DNA of 41,182 nt from Bacteroidales bacterium (lineage in GTDB: Bacteria; Bacteroidota; Bacteroidia; Bacteroidales; JAOZVK01), in the NCBI GenBank assembly GCA_029938185.1, contig JAOZVK010000003.1:1-41182 (forward strand), written 5' to 3'. The notes below the pieces were generated by a model. It was given only the letters and a program-made list of their open reading frames with translations. It ran no database searches and was not told the origin of the DNA. A program made the translations under genes and the position numbers. Positions 29,003-38,805 of this stretch are shown here, piece after piece. Position 1 is the first letter of the stretch. The number at the start of each line of letters is the position of its first letter.

Positions 29003-29659
29003 ATGAGAGTTCATATACAATTTTCAAAATCAAAAGAAATAATCCCTTTTAATCATCAAGAAGTATTAACAGGCGCATTTCATAAATGGATTGGTAAAAA
29101 CAACATACACGATAACTTATCGCTTTATTCGTTTTCGCGACTGAATGGTGCAAGATTGAAAAAAGATGGTTTATATTTTCCTTCACAAGCAAAATGGTTT
29201 ATAAGTATTTACGATAAAGATTTGTTTAAAAAACTTTTGTCGGGTATTTTAGATAAACCAGAACTGAGATGGGGCATGATAGTAAATAATTTTTTTGTAC
29301 AGCAAGAGCCAGATTTTACTTTTCAAACAGAATTTAAAGCAGCAAGTCCAATTTTTATTAAAAGAAATATAGAAAACAATCAAAAACATTATATTTTCGA
29401 TGATAAAAAAACATCGGAGCTTATGATAGAAACCTTACAAAACAAGATGAGAAAAATCGGTTTAAAAGATGATAGTTTAAAAATTGAATTTTCGACAAAA
29501 TATAATAATCCAAAAACTGCAAAAATAACATATAAAGGTATTGAAAACAAAGCAAATATTTGTCCTGTAATAATTAAAGGAAAGCCCGAAACAAAGGCTT
29601 TTGCATGGAATGTAGGAGTTGGAAATTGTACTGGAATTGGATTTGGGGCTATCTCTTAG
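29003..29659 (+). CDS. cas6: Cas6 of the I-D module
   Basis: Gly loop GVGNCTGIGFG; clearly related to the other two cas6 genes. Confidence 0.93.
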   Translation: MRVHIQFSKSKEIIPFNHQEVLTGAFHKWIGKNNIHDNLSLYSFSRLNGARLKKDGLYFPSQAKWFISIYDKDLFKKLLSGILDKPELRWGMIVNNFFVQQEPDFTFQTEFKAASPIFIKRNIENNQKHYIFDDKKTSELMIETLQNKMRKIGLKDDSLKIEFSTKYNNPKTAKITYKGIENKANICPVIIKGKPETKAFAWNVGVGNCTGIGFGAIS

Positions 29660-29709
29660 TGTGTTTTAATTATTAATATTGTAAACTGGTATAATTGTAA
29701 ATTTATATT

Positions 29710-29814
29710 TAAGTAGTCTAACAAAAGTTTTTCGACATTTGTTTTCGCACAATTAATTATATGACAGTAATTTATTAAAATGTGTAAGACACATTAAATA
29801 GGTCGAAGACCTTA
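29710..29814 (-). mobile_element. MITE family A copy
   Basis: taagtagtctaacaaaagtttttcgac...taaataggtcgaagacctta. Confidence 0.82.
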
Positions 29815-29876
29815 ATGTTTTTCGATTTATGTAAAGTGTAAAAAATGCCAAAAGTGAAAAAAAAACCAAATTATTA

Positions 29877-29916
29877 CCTAAGAAATTTGTTATTAAAGTA
29901 AACAATATTATCTTTG
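29877..29916 (+). promoter_or_regulatory. Module 4 promoter overlapped by CCT plus protospacer
   Basis: TTTG(29886-29889)-N19-TATCTTTG(29909-29916); CCT 29877-29879; 29880-29901 matches spacer 29966-29987 at 19/22. Confidence 0.8.
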
Positions 29917-29942
29917 CATAATTATTTGTTAAAATAGATTTT

Positions 29943-30017
29943 GGTAAGTACACAGGAATTGAAAAAAGAAATTTGTATTTAATGTAATTTCTACTTTAAT
30001 CGAACCATGTACTTACC
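29943..30017 (+). ncRNA. Stem-clamped split-repeat CRISPR-like regulatory RNA 2 (CreR-like)
   Basis: Perfect 10-bp stem GGTAAGTACA/TGTACTTACC enclosing CAGGAATTGAAAA, a 28-nt spacer and CTTTAATCGAACCA; T-run follows. Confidence 0.78.
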
Positions 30018-30045
30018 GTTTTTTTATAAGATAAAAATTGTATAA

Positions 30046-30705
30046 ATGAGAATACATTTAAAATTATCAAAAAATACAAAACTTGTACCCTATAGTCACC
30101 AACATAAACTTGTGGGAGCTATACACAAATGGCTTGGCAAAAATGATTTGCATGGAAAAATATCTTTATATTCATTTTCTCGCTTGCAAGGTGGCAGTAG
30201 CAATAAAAAAGGTCTTGATTTCAAGAATGGAGCAAATTGGTTTGTTAGTTTCTATAACGATGATTTTTTGAAAGATATAGTTTTTGGTTTAATGAAAGAC
30301 AAGCCAGAGATTTTTAACGGTATGCAGGTTGAAACTGTCACAATTCAAGAAACACCGGATTTTACTAATACCACTTATTTCAAAATAGCAAGTCCTATCC
30401 TGATAAAGAGAAACGATGGGGGTTTTATAAAGCATTTTTTGTATACCGACAAAGAAGCACCCGAACTGCTTACTGAAACACTCCGCAGCAAAATGCAACA
30501 AGTAGGTTTAACAGATGATAGTTTGAAAATAGAATTTGACACCAATTACTCTAAAGCATCTGCCAAACTAATAGACTACAAAGGAATTAAAAACAAAACA
30601 AGTTGGTGTCCAGTTATAATTCACGGAAAACCAGAAACTAAGGCTTTTGCTTGGAATGTGGGAGTGGGGAGTTCTACTGGTGTTGGTTTTGGGGCTTTAA
30701 TTTAA
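30046..30705 (+). CDS. cas6: Cas6 copy 2 (intact)
   Basis: Gly loop GVGSSTGVGFG; near-identical to 12310. Confidence 0.94.
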   Translation: MRIHLKLSKNTKLVPYSHQHKLVGAIHKWLGKNDLHGKISLYSFSRLQGGSSNKKGLDFKNGANWFVSFYNDDFLKDIVFGLMKDKPEIFNGMQVETVTIQETPDFTNTTYFKIASPILIKRNDGGFIKHFLYTDKEAPELLTETLRSKMQQVGLTDDSLKIEFDTNYSKASAKLIDYKGIKNKTSWCPVIIHGKPETKAFAWNVGVGSSTGVGFGALI

Positions 30706-30724
30706 AATAATAATAATAATAAAA

Positions 30725-32866
30725 ATGAGTTTAGATACAGTTTTAAAAATAGGTAAAGCATTAAGAAATTCAAAAGATAATTTAAAATACTTTAAATATG
30801 TTGGTTCTGTAAAGGCTGATGTTAATAAAAAGAAGGAAAAGAATTATCCGATTTGCATAACGATTCCTGTAAAAGAAGATTTTACTTTTGATTGGGAAAA
30901 CATGGATTTAACACCCGAAAATCAACGAGATGATTTGTATTATTTCAAATATGAAACATCAAATAATGATACCAGCCCTAAGAAATATCTTTTTGGAGAT
31001 ATTTCTTATATTAGGCGTAATGGAATTGACACCAAAGGTAAGATAAAATCTACTAAAGACTTTGGAAATTACACATTAGAGAGAGGTAATGCTTTTGAGA
31101 ATGGGAAAAACATATTAAATGAAATAAAACTAACATATTTTGAAGAGGAAATAAGAAAAACAATTAACAATAGTAATATTGAAAATTTAAAAGAGAAAGA
31201 TGAAATTATTAAACAATTGATTAAATCTTATAAAATCAATAAAGAAGTTAAACTATCAAATAAGATAGAAAAGTATAAAGATGAAATTATTGAAATATCT
31301 CAAAAAGTAAATCAAGATATAAGTGAAGTAACCTTATTTGATTTTCATAGTAGATTTGAAGAATTCTCAGATAAAATTACATTAATATTAAAATATGCAT
31401 CAGCTTTTAATTTTTTATTGGAAGAATCAGAAAAAATAAACGAATATTTATCTAATAAACAAAAGTTAGTTGATTTATACACTAAAGTCGTTGTTAAACA
31501 GATTAATCCACGTGTTTTAAAGAAAATATTAAAAAAAGATGAAGATATAGAAGACTTATCAGAAGAAACAAAAAACAAAATATCAAGATATGCAAATTTT
31601 GAAGTTTTTTTACATTTTGATTATCAAGGTAAAAGTTGGTATAAATTTAAACAATCATTTGACCTTTTAAATGAAAAATTAAATTCTGGAGTTACAGATA
31701 ATACAGATTTTGGGAAAGTGCCATCAAAAGCAATATACAGAACATTATGCTCTGGAAATGATAGAAATGACATTCAGTTTCCTCAGTTTGATAAAAATAA
31801 TAGAATGAAGTCATTTTTCTTTAAAGGTGATGAATTTATTGATTTTCTACATAGTGAAATTTTTCTCGAAAAACCTTTAAGACGTTTACAAGGAACAAAA
31901 ATTGAGTTCTATGTTTTACCAGTAGCAATAAATGAAAATAAACAAATAACAGCAACGGATTATGATATTTTTTTAAAATTACAGGACGAAGTTCGTATTA
32001 AAATATATGATAAAGAAATTGACGAAGAACCTCTTTTTTCTTTTTTCGATGAGGAACAAATTAATTTTACAAAATTTGATTTTATTTTTACTGATGCAAG
32101 CGGAAATTCAAAAAATGATTTAATTGAAATATCTGGATTAGAACAAAGTAAATTAAAAGAAATAGCCAAAAGAATTGAAACAATTAATAATGAGGTAAAA
32201 CAAGAAAAAAAGAAATATTTAAGAACACAAAAAGAGCAATCTAATTTCAAAATAGAATACTCTTTTCGAAATATTTTAGGCAATCACTATTACGATGAAA
32301 AGACAGGAAATTCAAGTGTAAAAGCAAATCCAAAATACCAATCACACTTATTAAAGGTTTTGCCTTTAATATACACTGACAATTATCAAAATGACGAAAT
32401 GTTATTGTCTGCATTTATTCAAAATGTGGAGCATATTATTCGAAGTTTTAAGAAATATATAAGTAGTCAATTTATTAAGTTGAAGTATGACTTGATGTTC
32501 TTATATAAAATTCAAAATAATAATTCTAAAAATGATAAATTTATGGAAATAACAAATTCAAAAAGCTACAAAATAGGTTTGCAGCTTGGTAATTTAGCAA
32601 AAAACCTAACATTAGAAATTAATTCTTTTGAAAAAAATTATGTTGGAAATCTCAGCAGACGATTAAGCACACTGCCAGACTTCGTTAAATTAAAAAATGA
32701 TATTGAACAAAAATTAATAATGCACGAAAAAACAAAATATACTTTTCAAACTTCTTATGATTTAGCTCAGGAAGTAAAAAAGTTTAGTGGTCAGTATGAT
32801 AAAGAAAAATGTGCTTTCGGTTTTTTAGAAAGCTACTTTAAGCCGTTACCAAAAAAACAAATATAA
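30725..32866 (+). CDS. cas8b: Type I-B Cas8b (module 4); candidate internal Cas11 from ATG 32543
   Basis: 713 aa between cas6 and cas7; helical C-terminus SYKIGLQLG...CAFGFLESY. Confidence 0.78.
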   Translation: MSLDTVLKIGKALRNSKDNLKYFKYVGSVKADVNKKKEKNYPICITIPVKEDFTFDWENMDLTPENQRDDLYYFKYETSNNDTSPKKYLFGDISYIRRNGIDTKGKIKSTKDFGNYTLERGNAFENGKNILNEIKLTYFEEEIRKTINNSNIENLKEKDEIIKQLIKSYKINKEVKLSNKIEKYKDEIIEISQKVNQDISEVTLFDFHSRFEEFSDKITLILKYASAFNFLLEESEKINEYLSNKQKLVDLYTKVVVKQINPRVLKKILKKDEDIEDLSEETKNKISRYANFEVFLHFDYQGKSWYKFKQSFDLLNEKLNSGVTDNTDFGKVPSKAIYRTLCSGNDRNDIQFPQFDKNNRMKSFFFKGDEFIDFLHSEIFLEKPLRRLQGTKIEFYVLPVAINENKQITATDYDIFLKLQDEVRIKIYDKEIDEEPLFSFFDEEQINFTKFDFIFTDASGNSKNDLIEISGLEQSKLKEIAKRIETINNEVKQEKKKYLRTQKEQSNFKIEYSFRNILGNHYYDEKTGNSSVKANPKYQSHLLKVLPLIYTDNYQNDEMLLSAFIQNVEHIIRSFKKYISSQFIKLKYDLMFLYKIQNNNSKNDKFMEITNSKSYKIGLQLGNLAKNLTLEINSFEKNYVGNLSRRLSTLPDFVKLKNDIEQKLIMHEKTKYTFQTSYDLAQEVKKFSGQYDKEKCAFGFLESYFKPLPKKQI

Positions 32867-32889
32867 ATTAATATTAAAGATATAAAATT

Positions 32890-33888
32890 ATGTCAAAAAT
32901 AAAAAAATCAGAAATTTTATTCTTGTATGAAAGTTCATACAATATTCCAAACGGAGACCCTTTTACAGGCGAACAACGTTATGATGAAGAAACTAAGAAA
33001 ATTTTAGTTAGTGATGTTAGAATGAAACGCTATGTAAGAGATTATCTTTTAGATAAAGACAAAGATATTTATGTAGTTAATGATAAAAGCTTTGCTGAAG
33101 GTAAAGAATCCGGTTCGGCTTCACGTATAAAATCTTTGCAAAATAAATTTGAAACGGAACTAAAAATTGAAAAAGAAAAGATAGAAGCTGAAAATAAAAA
33201 GAATAAAACTAAATTAAAATTCAGCCCTGCAATGTTCGTAATGAAAAAATGTGTTGATGTACGTTTATTCGGAGGTATTGCAACAGGAAAAGGTGATGCG
33301 ATAAATTTAACTGGAGCAGTTCAGTTTTCACTTTTAAATCCATCTTTAAACAAATCTACTTTAAGAATGCACCAAAATACAACAGTTTTTAGTTCAAGTG
33401 CTGAAAAAGGTCAAGGCTCAATAGGAACAACAACACTTGTTCCTTATGCCGTAAACCAAATACATGGTTGGGTAAATTCAAAAGTTGCTGAAAATACAGG
33501 AATGTGTAATAATGATTTAAAACTAATGTATGAAGGTCTTTGGTATGGCACAAGTGGCGAAGGTAGTTCGCATTCAAGAAGTAAAATCGGACAAAATTCA
33601 TTATTGTTATTAGAAATAGTTTATGCTGAGAATAATAAAAAAGTATATAGCGTAGATAAATTGATAAAATTAACCCCAAAAGAAGGCAAGAAAGATGAAG
33701 AAATCCGAAGCATGGACGATTATGATTTGGATTTTACAAAATTATTAGAAGTAGCAAAGTCTGATAAAGTTTCAAAAATTAGATATTATTCTGAATTAGA
33801 CAGTATTAATGATATGTTTGAAATAGATGGTAATTTTAAAAGTAAATTAGAAAAATTATCTTTTGAGCCAAACAAAAAAACTGAATAA
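32890..33888 (+). CDS. cas7: Type I-B Cas7 (Csh2), module 4
   Basis: PNGDP, VSDVRMKRYVRDY, DVRLFG, TGAVQF, SRSKIGQ. Confidence 0.94.
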   Translation: MSKIKKSEILFLYESSYNIPNGDPFTGEQRYDEETKKILVSDVRMKRYVRDYLLDKDKDIYVVNDKSFAEGKESGSASRIKSLQNKFETELKIEKEKIEAENKKNKTKLKFSPAMFVMKKCVDVRLFGGIATGKGDAINLTGAVQFSLLNPSLNKSTLRMHQNTTVFSSSAEKGQGSIGTTTLVPYAVNQIHGWVNSKVAENTGMCNNDLKLMYEGLWYGTSGEGSSHSRSKIGQNSLLLLEIVYAENNKKVYSVDKLIKLTPKEGKKDEEIRSMDDYDLDFTKLLEVAKSDKVSKIRYYSELDSINDMFEIDGNFKSKLEKLSFEPNKKTE

Positions 33889-33890
33889 TT

Positions 33891-34604
33891 ATGAAAGGAT
33901 TTCAATTTATAGTTGAAGGAAACTGGGCACATTTTAAGAAACCTGAAACAAATAATAATCCGCTTTCACACGATTTAATCACAAAAACAGCTCTGATTGG
34001 ATTAATCGGAGCTGTGCTTGGAATTGAGCGAAATGAAATGAAAGCTAAATTTCCTGAATTGTCAGAAAGCTTGTTGTATAATGTTCAGTTACTTAGTCCT
34101 GTAAAGAAAACATCTTGGGGGTTTACAAGTAAAAAAGCAAATAGCCCAACTGCAAGTGGTTCACCTAAATATTTTGAATTTCTTAAAAATCCAAAATTTA
34201 AAATTTCTTTGGCACTAAAATATAATGTTTCTAAAAATATTTTTAATTCTTTTTTACAATCTGTAAAAAGAGAAGAAACTATTTATCCGCCTGTTCTTGG
34301 TTGGCATAACTGCCCAGCAAATATTAGTTTTTTTTCAGAAGGCAAATTTTCTGAATTAAAAACAGGTGAGTTTGAAACAAAAGGATTTGTATTAGCAGGT
34401 GGAGAGCACAAACCAACAAATATTACAGGAAAATTTCGTATTGGTTTTGATAAATTACCTACTTATCAAGATGATGATTTTTGGAATTTACCTGATAAAT
34501 ATCGACAAATTATTTATCCTGATTTTCCTCATTCACTACAAATTAAGGGCGATTATTATGAATATATTACAAACTCAAATGTTGAAAAATGGTGGCTAAT
34601 GTAG
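33891..34604 (+). CDS. cas5: Type I-B Cas5, module 4
   Basis: GNWAHFKKPET, KTALIGLIGAVLG, YPPVLG motifs. Confidence 0.92.
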   Translation: MKGFQFIVEGNWAHFKKPETNNNPLSHDLITKTALIGLIGAVLGIERNEMKAKFPELSESLLYNVQLLSPVKKTSWGFTSKKANSPTASGSPKYFEFLKNPKFKISLALKYNVSKNIFNSFLQSVKREETIYPPVLGWHNCPANISFFSEGKFSELKTGEFETKGFVLAGGEHKPTNITGKFRIGFDKLPTYQDDDFWNLPDKYRQIIYPDFPHSLQIKGDYYEYITNSNVEKWWLM

Positions 34605-37048
34605 CGAAATTGAAATCACATCCAGATAAACTTTTATTTGATCATGTTGATGGTGTCCTTAAAAATGTAAAAAAGCTCACTAATTTGAAAATAGCTGAAT
34701 TGGTTGCGATTTTTCATGACTTAGGAAAAATTAATCCTAATTTTCAAAAAAAACTCAGTGGCATAAAGACTGGTGAATACTCACATCATGGGTATTTGTC
34801 AGCTTATGCTTTTTTGTGTGCTTTTGCATCATCACCTGCAAATCAAGAAATACTTGGCAATTGGTTAAGTAAAAAGATAAGTAAAAATGATTTAATTGCA
34901 TTAACAACAATCATTGCAAAGCATCATGGTAATATTCCTGATTTCACACCAAAAGATGAAACTGGAACTGGAGCTTCTATATTAAATAAGGAAGAGAATG
35001 AAAAATTATTCGTTTTTTTAGGTAAGGGGATAAATCTTCCTGTTGAGGAATTTACGAAACATTATTTCTCAGAAATAAAATCTTTTTATCCATTTTTGGG
35101 AAATCCTCTTGTTCAAAAGAAATTCAAAGACGAATTTATTTTTGATTATAGAAAAAACAACAATCCTCTTGATTATTATTTAGATACTCAATTTTCTTTT
35201 GCAAGTCTTATTCAAGCAGATAAAGTTGATGCTGCAAAATTGGGAAATTTTATTGATGATAATAAATCAAATGTAGAGCAGTTTTGTGGCAACTATAATA
35301 TATGCTTAAATTCTTATCTAAGCAAATTAAATCAAGATTCTGAAATAAATAAACTACGAACAAAAATAAGGCTTGATGCTGTTGGTCGAATAAAAAACGG
35401 ATTACAACAAAACAAACAAGTCTTTGAATTAACAGCCCCGACAGGCTCAGGAAAAACACTTATGATGTTGTCACTTGCTTCCGAAATTATTAAGCAAAAA
35501 GGAGCAAAAAGGATTATTTATTCATTACCATTTTTATCAATCACAGAGCAGGTCGAAGCAGAAGTTTTAAAAATATTTAGCAATCAAAAGCAATTTGTTC
35601 AAAGGATAGATTCTAAATCACAAAATAAAACTTTTGAAAATTTACAAAAAGAATTTGATAAAAATCCGAGTAAAGAAGTAATGAAAAAAATTAATATGAT
35701 TGAGTTTCAGGAAAATACTTTTTCATATCCCTTTATAATAACAACATTTGTTCGTTTTTTTGAAACATTATTAACTAATAGAAATGCTGATTTATTAAAA
35801 CTTCCGAATTTTTCAAATTCAATTTTCTTAATTGATGAAATTCAGGCACTTCCACCAAGGTTATATACTTTTTTCACAGCATATTTAAGCAAATTTTGTG
35901 AAAAAAATGGAAGTTATGCAATTATTTCTACGGCTACACAACCAAATTTTAATTTGCCTGAAAAAGATGAAATAAAAGAATTTTTCAGTAATTATTCAAA
36001 ACCTTTTAAATTACTCTCACTTGATTATTTTCAAAACGAGCTTTTTAATAGATATAAAATTATTATTGATAAAAAAGGAACAGATATAGCTGAATTAAAA
36101 GAAAAACTTATAAAATCAGAAAAATCGGTTTTAGTAATTTTAAATACCATAGATGATACGAAAGATTTGTATTCTTTATTAATTGAAGCAGGTTTATCAA
36201 AAAAAGATACTCTTTTGCTAAATACTCATATTACTCCCAAACATAGAAAAATTAAAATCTATCTGGCAAAACGTAGATTAAGAGAGAATAAAAAAGTAAT
36301 TTTAATATCAACACAACTTATTGAAGCAGGTGTAGATATTGATTTTCCTGTTCTCTATCGCGATATGGCAACAGTTTCAAGCATTGTTCAATCAGCAGGA
36401 CGATGTAACAGAAATGGAAAACTCAAAGATAAAGGTATTGTTAATCTTATTCGTTTTAAAAAGGACGGAAGAGAAAGAGCAAAACTGATTTACCGTGATG
36501 GAAATAAAGAACTATTAGGTTTTACAACAAAAGCATTACAGTTAGAAAATTATCAGGAAAAAGAACTTTTAGATGTTCAGAAAAAATTTTTTGATAGAAT
36601 TTTAAAAGAATTGCATTTTGCAAAACATATACAGCAAGATCCAAGACAAGATTTCGATTTTTTAAATGACATTAAAGAAGCTCAATTTAACAAAATAGGT
36701 GAATTTAATTTAATAGATAAAGGAGTATTTGGTGAAGAAATGCAATATTTTATACCTAAAAATGAAAATGACAAATCTTTTCAGCTATTAAATGAATATA
36801 TTGAGGAATTAAATATTATTATTAATTTTAACAAAAAAGATTGGAGTATTGTTAAATTAAAGAAAAATAAGATAAAAATATTAAGAAAAAAAATGTCAGA
36901 AAATATTGTCCAAGTAAGACTAAAAGAAGGTCAATCAAAACCAATTACAAATAATTTTACAAAAGATAGAAATTTACACGAAATAGCACTTTCTTCATAT
37001 TCATTTGAAAAGGGAGTGGATTTACAGGGAGAAGATATCTGGTTATAA
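34589..37048 (+). CDS. cas3: Cas3 nuclease-helicase (N-terminal HD)
   Basis: SHP..L.DH, HDLGK, KHH, APTGSGKT, DEIQ, QSAGRCNR. Confidence 0.96.
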   Translation: MVANVAKLKSHPDKLLFDHVDGVLKNVKKLTNLKIAELVAIFHDLGKINPNFQKKLSGIKTGEYSHHGYLSAYAFLCAFASSPANQEILGNWLSKKISKNDLIALTTIIAKHHGNIPDFTPKDETGTGASILNKEENEKLFVFLGKGINLPVEEFTKHYFSEIKSFYPFLGNPLVQKKFKDEFIFDYRKNNNPLDYYLDTQFSFASLIQADKVDAAKLGNFIDDNKSNVEQFCGNYNICLNSYLSKLNQDSEINKLRTKIRLDAVGRIKNGLQQNKQVFELTAPTGSGKTLMMLSLASEIIKQKGAKRIIYSLPFLSITEQVEAEVLKIFSNQKQFVQRIDSKSQNKTFENLQKEFDKNPSKEVMKKINMIEFQENTFSYPFIITTFVRFFETLLTNRNADLLKLPNFSNSIFLIDEIQALPPRLYTFFTAYLSKFCEKNGSYAIISTATQPNFNLPEKDEIKEFFSNYSKPFKLLSLDYFQNELFNRYKIIIDKKGTDIAELKEKLIKSEKSVLVILNTIDDTKDLYSLLIEAGLSKKDTLLLNTHITPKHRKIKIYLAKRRLRENKKVILISTQLIEAGVDIDFPVLYRDMATVSSIVQSAGRCNRNGKLKDKGIVNLIRFKKDGRERAKLIYRDGNKELLGFTTKALQLENYQEKELLDVQKKFFDRILKELHFAKHIQQDPRQDFDFLNDIKEAQFNKIGEFNLIDKGVFGEEMQYFIPKNENDKSFQLLNEYIEELNIIINFNKKDWSIVKLKKNKIKILRKKMSENIVQVRLKEGQSKPITNNFTKDRNLHEIALSSYSFEKGVDLQGEDIWL

Positions 37049-37132
37049 TTAATATATTTCAGGCGTTATTTTACACTAATTCCCAAATACTTAATAATAA
37101 CATAATTTCAAAAAAATTGTTATAACTTATGA

Positions 37133-37327
37133 TTGAGAATTGATTTTGAACAAGAAAATAAAGCCAGACCAATAATTGAAGAAAACATGAAAGGTGTAGA
37201 TACTTTTGTAACACTTTCAGCGGGCGGGTATGTAGAAACAAAAGCCGAAAAAGCTGACGCTCTGGACTTAGCAGAAGATAAATTGATAAAATTAATGAAA
37301 TTTTTTTATAATAAGAATCAGTTGTAA
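37133..37327 (+). pseudogene. 3' gene fragment; possible PGING-type Cas7 (Csp1) relic
   Basis: No convincing start, in-frame stop just upstream; second diverged copy at 19751-19952; family assignment is from recall only. Confidence 0.45.
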
Positions 37328-37422
37328 AAATAATAATTTAAATAATCTTTTGTGGTAAGATAATTGAAATCGCAGTATAGGAAAATTACCACAAAAGATT
37401 ATTATTTTTTAAACAGAAATTA

Positions 37423-38466
37423 ATGAATATCGAAAAAACAAGTTCAAAATTATTTGTTGATGTAAAACAAATGATTTCAAATGCTAGACGAAAAGTTGCT
37501 GTAACTGCCAATAGTGAATTGATTTTGCTGTATTGGAAAGTCGGTAACAGAGTAAGAAAAGATGTATTAAACAATAGCAGAGCTGAATATGGTAAACAAA
37601 TAGTAAAAAAATTATCCAATAAATTGACAATAGAATATGGCAGAGGATGGAGCGAAAATCAGTTGCGACATTGTATTAGAAGTGCAGAGACTTTTCAGAA
37701 AGAACAAATTCTCTACGCAGTGCGTAGAGAATTGTCATGGACTCATATCAGGTCACTAATGTATATTGATGATATTCTTAAAAGACAATTTTATATGGAA
37801 ATGTGCATAATAGAACGATGGGATACTCGATTGCTTAACAATAGAATTGACAGTATGCTTTTTGAACGTACTGCAATATCAAAAAAACCAAAAAAACTAA
37901 TCAAAAAAGAATTAGACAAATTGCAAAAAGATAATGAATTACCAGATGATTTAATTTTTAGAAACCCCTATTTGTTAGATTTTCTCGGTTTGAAAAATAT
38001 TTATTCTGAAAAAGATTTAGAAAATTCTATATTAGTTGAAATGCAACAATTTATTACAGAACTCGGTTCTGATTTTGCATTTCTTGCACGTCAAAAACGC
38101 ATTACTATTGATAATATTGATTATCATATTGATTTATTATTTTATCACAGAACACTTCAATGTTTAGTAGTTATAGAGTTAAAACTCGGTAAGTTTAAAC
38201 CTGAACATAAGGGACAAATTGAATTATATTTACGATGGCTTAACAAATACGAAAAACGAAAAAATGAGAAAGCACCAATCGGCTTAATCTTATGTAGCGA
38301 AGGAAATTCAGAGCATATTGAATTGCTGATGTTAGAAGACAGTAATATTAAACTTGCTCAGTATTTAACTGAGTTACCAGATAAAAAAATTCTTGAAAAA
38401 CAATTAACAAAAACAATTAAGAAGGCAAAAAAAATGAAAAATAAAAATACAAACAATAAATTATGA
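37423..38466 (+). CDS. yhcG: YhcG/DUF1016 PD-(D/E)XK nuclease family protein
   Basis: LYWKVG, LSWTH, PYLLDFL, ELGSDFAFLARQKRI, IDLLFYH, IELK. Confidence 0.93.
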   Translation: MNIEKTSSKLFVDVKQMISNARRKVAVTANSELILLYWKVGNRVRKDVLNNSRAEYGKQIVKKLSNKLTIEYGRGWSENQLRHCIRSAETFQKEQILYAVRRELSWTHIRSLMYIDDILKRQFYMEMCIIERWDTRLLNNRIDSMLFERTAISKKPKKLIKKELDKLQKDNELPDDLIFRNPYLLDFLGLKNIYSEKDLENSILVEMQQFITELGSDFAFLARQKRITIDNIDYHIDLLFYHRTLQCLVVIELKLGKFKPEHKGQIELYLRWLNKYEKRKNEKAPIGLILCSEGNSEHIELLMLEDSNIKLAQYLTELPDKKILEKQLTKTIKKAKKMKNKNTNNKL

Positions 38467-38529
38467 CTGTAATTCGTAATAAGTAGTTGATAATGAACAA
38501 TTGATAATTTACTTTCACTTGAATTATTG

Positions 38530-38635
38530 TATATAGTCTAACAAAAATTTTTTCGACATTTGTTTTCGCACAATTAATTATATGACAACTGTTTATAAGA
38601 ATGCGCAAGTCACATTAAATAGGTCGAAGCCCTTA
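38530..38635 (-). mobile_element. MITE family A copy
   Basis: Close to the 29710 copy; ends taaataggtcgaagccctta. Confidence 0.8.
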
Positions 38636-38681
38636 TGTTATAGCTTAACAAAGTGTCGATTTTATACGATAAGCTACTTAT

Positions 38682-38804
38682 ATGGCAAATACATACACAC
38701 AATTAAATGTTCATGCCGTTTTTTCGGTTCTTGGAAGAGAAAATTTATTGGTAGATAAATTTCGTCCAAAATTATTCAAATATTTTACTTTTTTTAAATT
38801 ATAA
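38682..38804 (+). pseudogene. tnpA: IS200/IS605 TnpA N-terminal relic, copy 2
   Basis: MANTYTQLNVHAVFSVLGRENLLVDKFRPKLFKYFTFFKL*. Confidence 0.7.
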
Positions 38805-38805
38805 T

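Noticed and set aside
20230-38804. CRISPR-associated transposon interpretation based on the tnpA relics
   Set aside because: Only ~40-codon IS200-type fragments; no tnsABC/tniQ, and Cas3 nucleases are present.
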